A DNA stretch of 21,598 nucleotides from Candidatus Iainarchaeum sp. (GTDB lineage: Archaea > Iainarchaeota > Iainarchaeia > Iainarchaeales > DTGL01). A model generated the notes under the pieces. It saw nothing but the letters and a program-made list of their open reading frames with translations, did not search any database and was not told the DNA's origin. The translations under genes and the position numbers were made by a program. Shown here one piece after another: positions 16,142 to 21,598 of the stretch. Positions within the stretch are counted from its first letter, which is position 1, and every line of letters begins with the position of its first letter. Where the stretch lies: assembly GCA_038736825.1 (NCBI GenBank), contig JAVYME010000022.1, positions 1-21,598 of the forward strand. Reading direction: 5' to 3'.

Positions 16142-16230
16142 AAAATAAAAAACATTTTTTCAAAAGAAAAGACGAAATGGCAAAAAATATATTATGAATT
16201 GACCACAAAAACAAAAAGAAGTGAAACAAA

Positions 16231-17604
16231 ATGCACAACACAAAAATCCTTTGCACTATTGGACCAGCCTCTGAGAAAAGCGAAACCATAAAACAAATGT
16301 TTGAAGCAGGCATGAATGCTGCCAGAATAAACACTTCACACGGCACACTGGAAGAATACACTGAAAAAATAAAAAAAATCAGAAAAATTGTAAACATTCC
16401 AATATTGTTTGACACTTCAGGCCCGCAAATAAGGCTTGTAAGCAAAAAAGAAATCCTTCTAGAAAAAGGCGCTCAGGTAAACGCTGGTTTTTCTGCAAAA
16501 AAAAACCTTTATTTTTCAAGAAATTTCTTCAACGAAATAAAAACAGGAAGCAGCGTTTTTTTAAGCGATGGCTTGGCAGAACTCGTGGTGGTTAAAAAAG
16601 ACAACAAATTGAAAGAAATAACGCTCAAATCGCTCAACCAAATCACCTTGAAAGGCAACATGCATTCAAACATTCCAAGCATTTACTTGGACATTCCAAT
16701 CCTTTCCCCTAGAGACAAAAAAGTCATTGCACTGGCAAAAAAAACAGGCATTGACTTCATAAATCTTTCCTTCACAAGAAGAAAAAGCGATATTATCGCA
16801 GTTAAAAAATTGTTGAAGGGCTCCAATGTGGGAATAATCGCAAAAATCGAAAACTGGGAGGGAGTAAAAAAAATAGATGAAATCCTTTCAGAAGCCGACG
16901 GAATCATGGTGGCAAGAGGCGATCTTGGAATGGAAATCCCAATGGAAAAAGTCCCAATAGTGCAAAAGGCAATTGTAAAAAAATGCAATCAAGCGGGAAA
17001 GATTTCAATTATTGCAACACAAATGCTCGCATCAATGGTTAAAAACCCTCTTCCCACAAGGGCTGAAACAAGCGATGTTGCAAATGCCATTTTGGACGGA
17101 GCTGATTGCGTAATGCTCAGCAATGAAACAGCAATCGGCGAGTTTCCAGTTGAAGCAGTAAAGGTTATTGGAAAAATTGCAAGCGAAACAGAACAAGCAG
17201 TTAAATCCACAATAGATTCAAAAATGCTTTCAGGAGTTTCCGACACAATATCCAAATCAATTCACAACATTTCAAAAAACATAAAAGTGGACAAAATTGT
17301 TGCAGTCACTAGAAGCGGTTTTACTGCGAGAATGATCTCCAGATTCAAGCCAAAACAAAAAGTAATCGCAGTAACAGACAATCCAGCTGTTGCCAGAAAG
17401 CTTTGGCTTTCATACGGCGTTATCCCAGTCCTAATCAAAAAAATCCCAAAACAACACAGAATCCCCTTAATTGCAAAAATTCTCGCAAAAAAAGGCATTT
17501 TAAAAAAAACAGAGATTGCAGTCTTCACTGCCGGTTATTACTCCAAAAAAGAATATTCCAGCAACATGATTGTTGTAGTGAAAGCTGGGGATTTGCTGAA
17601 ATAA
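16231..17604 (+). CDS. pyk: pyruvate kinase
   Basis: Motifs present: KILCTIGPAS, GMNAARINTSHG, MVARGDLGMEIP and MLSNETAIGEFPVEAV. The length is 457 aa and the start is ATG. Confidence 0.92.
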   Translation: MHNTKILCTIGPASEKSETIKQMFEAGMNAARINTSHGTLEEYTEKIKKIRKIVNIPILFDTSGPQIRLVSKKEILLEKGAQVNAGFSAKKNLYFSRNFFNEIKTGSSVFLSDGLAELVVVKKDNKLKEITLKSLNQITLKGNMHSNIPSIYLDIPILSPRDKKVIALAKKTGIDFINLSFTRRKSDIIAVKKLLKGSNVGIIAKIENWEGVKKIDEILSEADGIMVARGDLGMEIPMEKVPIVQKAIVKKCNQAGKISIIATQMLASMVKNPLPTRAETSDVANAILDGADCVMLSNETAIGEFPVEAVKVIGKIASETEQAVKSTIDSKMLSGVSDTISKSIHNISKNIKVDKIVAVTRSGFTARMISRFKPKQKVIAVTDNPAVARKLWLSYGVIPVLIKKIPKQHRIPLIAKILAKKGILKKTEIAVFTAGYYSKKEYSSNMIVVVKAGDLLK

Positions 17605-17665
17605 AAAAAAACAAGAATAGGCTCAGGGTTGGATTGACTCTTCATTCCTTGCAGTCAGCAGGTGT

Positions 17666-17742
17666 TAACCTCATCACAGCCGTAAAAAACGTAGGTGTTA
17701 GCACTAAAAAACATATCGTTCTTTGCGAAAGGAATTTTGTGG
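17666..17742 (+). repeat. left copy of ~77-bp imperfect direct repeat flanking the R-M cassette
   Basis: This aligns by hand to 19915-19990. The first 55 positions match at 46/55, with identical blocks taacctcatca, tgttagcactaa and catatcgtt, followed by aaagga..ttt.gtgg. Confidence 0.7.
17684..17700 (+). repeat. left arm of perfect 17-bp inverted repeat (aaaaaacgtaggtgtta)
   Basis: Its exact reverse complement, taacacctacgtttttt, is at 19891-19907. The match cannot be extended on either side. Confidence 0.75.
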
Positions 17743-17771
17743 ATAAAATACAAACTAATTTAGCTTTGAGA

Positions 17772-17823
17772 AACAAAAATTTGGTTTGAAAAAATGGTTT
17801 TTGGTTATTGAACAAAAATTTGG
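17772..17823 (+). repeat. two copies of 13-bp direct repeat aacaaaaatttgg upstream of the nuclease gene
   Basis: The copies at 17772-17784 and 17811-17823 are identical and their starts are 39 bp apart. The sequence is AT-rich, so chance cannot be excluded. Confidence 0.3.
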
Positions 17824-17981
17824 GAAATGTCCGAAAATAAGGGCAATATATTTTTTCAATAGACAAAGTTACCTTGTTATTAATTTATTTTTCTGAGAGT
17901 AAACAAGCTAGTTTCATTAAAGAAAGAGTATGGTTCCATTTCACACACGGCTTTTTAAAAACAAATGTATTAATCTGCTTT

Positions 17982-18653
17982 ATGAATAAAGAACTTGAAG
18001 ACGTTGTTAAGGCTTATGCAACAAAACCGCATTCAGAATTAAATGCTCTTTTGCTTGGTAAGTCAAAGGATGATTTGATTGCTGTTATTAATAATATTTT
18101 AACTATTTACTTCAATGATAGAAATTCATCAACAATGCGAGAATATGTAACAGTCTCTTTGGCAGGATACAAACCTTCTGAGAAGAAAATTGGATATAAT
18201 GGTTTCAAGCAGGACACTTCTATTGGCGGTAAAATTATTGCATGTGAATGTAAACCGAAAAACGTGGTTACAAGCGATGAACAAATCAAAAAACTTAGTG
18301 GCGGGGCGAATTTCACAGATTACACTTTTGAAAGGTTCAAGAGAGATAAAAAGGAAAATGTCAACATTTTGATGAGTGGTTTCGTTGATGGTCACCTAAT
18401 ATATGCGATTGAATTTCCTTTCAATTGTCCGACTTTTGTCAGACGATTAGCCAAAGTTTTGAAAAGGAGGTTTCCAAAAGGGGATATTTCTGGGCAATAT
18501 TTGCGTAGTGCAACGTTCAGGTTAGCGGATTACAAGGATTGCCCACAAGTTAAGTTAATTTATCTTGATAGGATTGCAATGAAAGCTAATAAGAAATTTA
18601 TTACAAAACAACTTTGCGAGTTCTTGAACGACATTAGTCAGAAGCAAAAATAG
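17982..18653 (+). CDS. putative type II restriction endonuclease (PD-(D/E)xK-like)
   Basis: It is convergent with, and overlaps the 3' end of, a DNA methyltransferase gene. The candidate catalytic pattern is GFKQD-x(9)-ACECKP (D...E-x-K). I prefer the ATG at 17982 (MNKELEDVV) over the TTG at 17874. The TATA-like CTTTTTAAAA at 17951-17960 lies about 25 nt upstream, which would be compatible with a leaderless mRNA. I recognise no named enzyme family. Confidence 0.5.
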   Translation: MNKELEDVVKAYATKPHSELNALLLGKSKDDLIAVINNILTIYFNDRNSSTMREYVTVSLAGYKPSEKKIGYNGFKQDTSIGGKIIACECKPKNVVTSDEQIKKLSGGANFTDYTFERFKRDKKENVNILMSGFVDGHLIYAIEFPFNCPTFVRRLAKVLKRRFPKGDISGQYLRSATFRLADYKDCPQVKLIYLDRIAMKANKKFITKQLCEFLNDISQKQK

Positions 18654-19506
18654 GTAATAAGGTTTTTTGGAATTTATCTTTACTTTTCTCTTTTTGTGTC
18701 CATTTCCCGTTTTCTTTTCTTTCTTTGAATGTTTCCCTAACTAAATGTTTGGCTATTTCTTCTTCAACTCTTTCTCTTTCATTTTCGCAGTTAGATAATC
18801 GCTTAATTGCGTCTTTTACATATATTGGAGAAATATCTATGCCAACATATTTGTGACCTAAAAGTTTTGCCGCAACAAGCGTGGTACCGCTACCAACATA
18901 AGGATCAAAAACAACTCCATTATCTTTTCCTATTACTGAATAAATTATTCGTGTTGGTAACTCTATTGGGAACGGGGCTGGGTGCCCATTCTCTCTTTCA
19001 GGCATTATTTTCCAAATAGATGTTAGAAGCGCGTGTTTAGACTCCAATTCTTTTCCTATTTTGTTTTTTCCAACTGGTTTATACAACCAATATATTCTCT
19101 CATCAACTTGCCAAAACCGCCAGCCTCTTATATTAGCCGCGATTGTTCTGTCCCAAATTATTTCTTGTCTTATTGTCCAATTTGTTTTTGTAAGCCATTC
19201 CATTGGATGAATCATTTGCCCTTTATTCCAACGAGTTTTATGGTTATAAAAAAAATGCCCTCCTTCTTTTGTTATACGATAAACTTCATTTAGCACTTCT
19301 ATTTGCTGCTGTTGGTATGTATTTTCTGGAACATTATCACTGTTTGAATGATACTTGACATTTTCCACAAGCCAACCTTTGTGCTTCTCTCCTTTGTTGT
19401 ATGGTGGTGAAGTAATAGAAACATCCACAAAGCAGTCTGGAAACTTTTTCATTATTTCAATCGCATCTCCTTGAAAAACATTGTTCAATATTGAATTCAT
19501 TTCCAT
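18634..19506 (-). CDS. beta-class N4-cytosine/N6-adenine DNA methyltransferase (N6_N4_Mtase family)
   Basis: Catalytic motif IV (VDVSITSPPY) is near the N-terminus and SAM motif I (VFDPYVGSGTTLVAAKLLGHKYVGIDI) is near the C-terminus, which is the beta-class permuted order. HPAPFPIELP is also present. The start is ATG at 19506, 4 nt after the RHH stop. SPPY, rather than DPPY, hints at m4C specificity. Confidence 0.88.
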   Translation of the reverse strand: MEMNSILNNVFQGDAIEIMKKFPDCFVDVSITSPPYNKGEKHKGWLVENVKYHSNSDNVPENTYQQQQIEVLNEVYRITKEGGHFFYNHKTRWNKGQMIHPMEWLTKTNWTIRQEIIWDRTIAANIRGWRFWQVDERIYWLYKPVGKNKIGKELESKHALLTSIWKIMPERENGHPAPFPIELPTRIIYSVIGKDNGVVFDPYVGSGTTLVAAKLLGHKYVGIDISPIYVKDAIKRLSNCENERERVEEEIAKHLVRETFKERKENGKWTQKEKSKDKFQKTLLPIFASD

Positions 19507-19510
19507 CAAA

Positions 19511-19657
19511 TCACTTCTTGGTTAAATTGTTAGCTAATTCTTTTTCCATAAATTTTTCTACTTGCCTAGATAAAACGATGCCTTCTTTGTCACAATGTTC
19601 TTTATAATTGTTGTAAATTTTTTCTTCAATGCTTAAAGCAACTGTTTTCTTAGCCAC
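19511..19657 (-). CDS. small ribbon-helix-helix (CopG/Arc-like) protein, candidate R-M controller (48 aa)
   Basis: This gene is not in the track. GTG at 19657, with GGTGG 5 nt upstream, runs to TGA at 19511-19513 and encodes (M)AKKTVALSIEEKIYNNYKEHCDKEGIVLSRQVEKFMEKELANNLTKK. The pattern is a basic beta-strand (KKTVALSI) followed by two helices, typical of RHH proteins. A TATA-like AATATATAAG on the minus strand lies at about 19691-19700. Confidence 0.6.
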   Translation of the reverse strand: MAKKTVALSIEEKIYNNYKEHCDKEGIVLSRQVEKFMEKELANNLTKK

Positions 19658-19744
19658 CCAAACCACCAATCACATATATTTCCATATATTCTTATATATT
19701 AAGTGTTTTTAAACATTTTCAGACAGTGGATTTCCACTGAAATT

Positions 19745-19776
19745 TCTTTATAAAGACTGGTTCATCTTTATAAAGA
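19745..19776. promoter_or_regulatory. two identical 12-bp perfect palindromes TCTTTATAAAGA, spaced 20 bp start-to-start
   Basis: The two copies are at 19745-19756 and 19765-19776, and each is self-complementary. They lie about 90-120 bp upstream of the RHH start on the minus strand. An adjacent palindrome, CAGTGGA-tt-TCCACTG, is at 19724-19739. Confidence 0.35.
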
Positions 19777-19890
19777 TTTTTTCAGTTCTTTGTCGTTTTT
19801 TGTTTTGATGTTTTACCGCACGGAGCAAGTTTTAAAACTCTAATCAATCACAGAACTTTTGAGGCGAAAATTGAAGTTGAAAGTTGGCGG

Positions 19891-19907
19891 TAACACCTAC
19901 GTTTTTT
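19891..19907 (-). repeat. right arm of perfect 17-bp inverted repeat
   Basis: taacacctacgtttttt is the reverse complement of 17684-17700. It can also pair imperfectly with 19933-19949 (aaaaaatgttgttgtta) inside the right direct-repeat copy. Confidence 0.75.
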
Positions 19908-19914
19908 CAAACTG

Positions 19915-19990
19915 TAACCTCATCATTGCCAGAAAAAATGTTGTTGTTAGCACTAATAAGCATATCGTTGACTAACAAAGGATTTAGTGG
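19915..19990 (+). repeat. right copy of ~77-bp imperfect direct repeat flanking the R-M cassette
   Basis: See the left copy at 17666-17742. Both copies are in the same orientation, about 2.25 kb apart. Confidence 0.7.
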
Positions 19991-20001
19991 GTTAATAGGT
20001 T

Positions 20002-20038
20002 AAAATAATTGCAGGAGTTTGGTTCCTGCAATTATTTT
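20002..20038. terminator. perfect 15-bp-stem hairpin downstream of groEL (candidate bidirectional terminator)
   Basis: AAAATAATTGCAGGA (20002-20016), loop GTTTGGT, then TCCTGCAATTATTTT (20024-20038). On the plus strand it is followed by the T-rich tttgtatttttttgttttt. It lies 15 nt beyond the groEL stop codon (TAA, 20054-20056 on the minus strand). Confidence 0.55.
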
Positions 20039-20053
20039 TGTATTTTTTTGTTT

Positions 20054-21598
<1,545 letters not shown>

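Noticed and set aside
15966-16445. 159-aa minus-strand ORF spanning the purD-like start, the promoter region and the pyk start
   Set aside because: It overlaps two strongly supported genes and an AT-only intergenic region, and its F/I/L-rich translation is typical of reading AT-rich DNA.
17642-17866. 74-aa minus-strand ORF in the left flank of the R-M cassette
   Set aside because: It has a low-complexity F/K/L-rich sequence, no SD and no recognisable motif, and it runs straight through the flanking repeat unit. I treat it as non-coding.
17874-17981. N-terminal extension of the nuclease ORF from a TTG, and similar track extensions at 2885, 5561, 6375, 8489, 10324 and 16084
   Set aside because: Internal ATGs give canonical N-termini such as signal peptides, the HxH motif and the HPL spacing, or are better placed relative to TATA/SD-like elements. 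The extensions begin at TTG codons. The start choice remains uncertain for some genes.
17666-19990. Flanking repeats interpreted as integron attC sites or as tRNA-derived att sites
   Set aside because: The window contains no integron integrase, no cassette array and no tRNA gene. The cassette holds three genes in two orientations, unlike typical single-gene integron cassettes. I keep this only as an untested alternative within the R-M island finding.

Overview
This is a compact, AT-rich prokaryotic window of about 21.6 kb that is almost entirely coding. I support 24 protein-coding features. Three of them are absent from the ORF track: a 3'-partial lipoprotein gene at the left edge, a 54-aa zinc-ribbon gene and a 48-aa RHH gene. 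I recognise no rRNA, tRNA, CRISPR array, transposase or integrase. Several features point to a small-genome archaeon (DPANN-like; this is inference): a Drg-type GTPase with a TGS domain, a Mtq2/HemK-type NPPY methylase with the archaeal VYEPQEDSFLL motif, a TrmJ-like SpoU methylase, TATA-like boxes about 25 nt upstream of ATGs, and GGTGG Shine-Dalgarno motifs with frequent TTG/GTG starts. Some genes look bacterial in type, namely group I chaperonin GroEL and an RNase HIII-type N-domain. The housekeeping genes are upp, pyk, tatD, an aminotransferase and an ArsB/NhaD-type permease. The most notable observations are as follows. (1) A type II restriction-modification cassette (PD-(D/E)xK nuclease, beta-class SPPY methyltransferase, unannotated RHH gene) lies between pyk and groEL. 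It has unusually long non-coding flanks and is bracketed by a 77-bp imperfect direct repeat plus a perfect 17-bp inverted repeat. (2) At the right edge, a groEL copy lacking its first ~46 codons on the minus strand abuts an intact groEL N-terminus on the plus strand, which indicates a fold-back duplication, an inversion or a chimeric join. (3) An arginase/agmatinase-fold protein has lost 5 of 6 metal ligands and is translationally coupled to an RNase HII core fused to an RNase HIII-like N-domain. (4) The Drg GTPase has degenerate G3 and G4 motifs. (5) An orphan PurD-like ATP-grasp enzyme has degenerate signature motifs. (6) A secreted Cys-rich protein carries a ~190-aa acid-free N/S/T/Y tail. 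(7) A perfect 25-bp palindrome fills the 37-bp gap between two divergent start codons. All family assignments come from motif recognition by eye; no searches were run.
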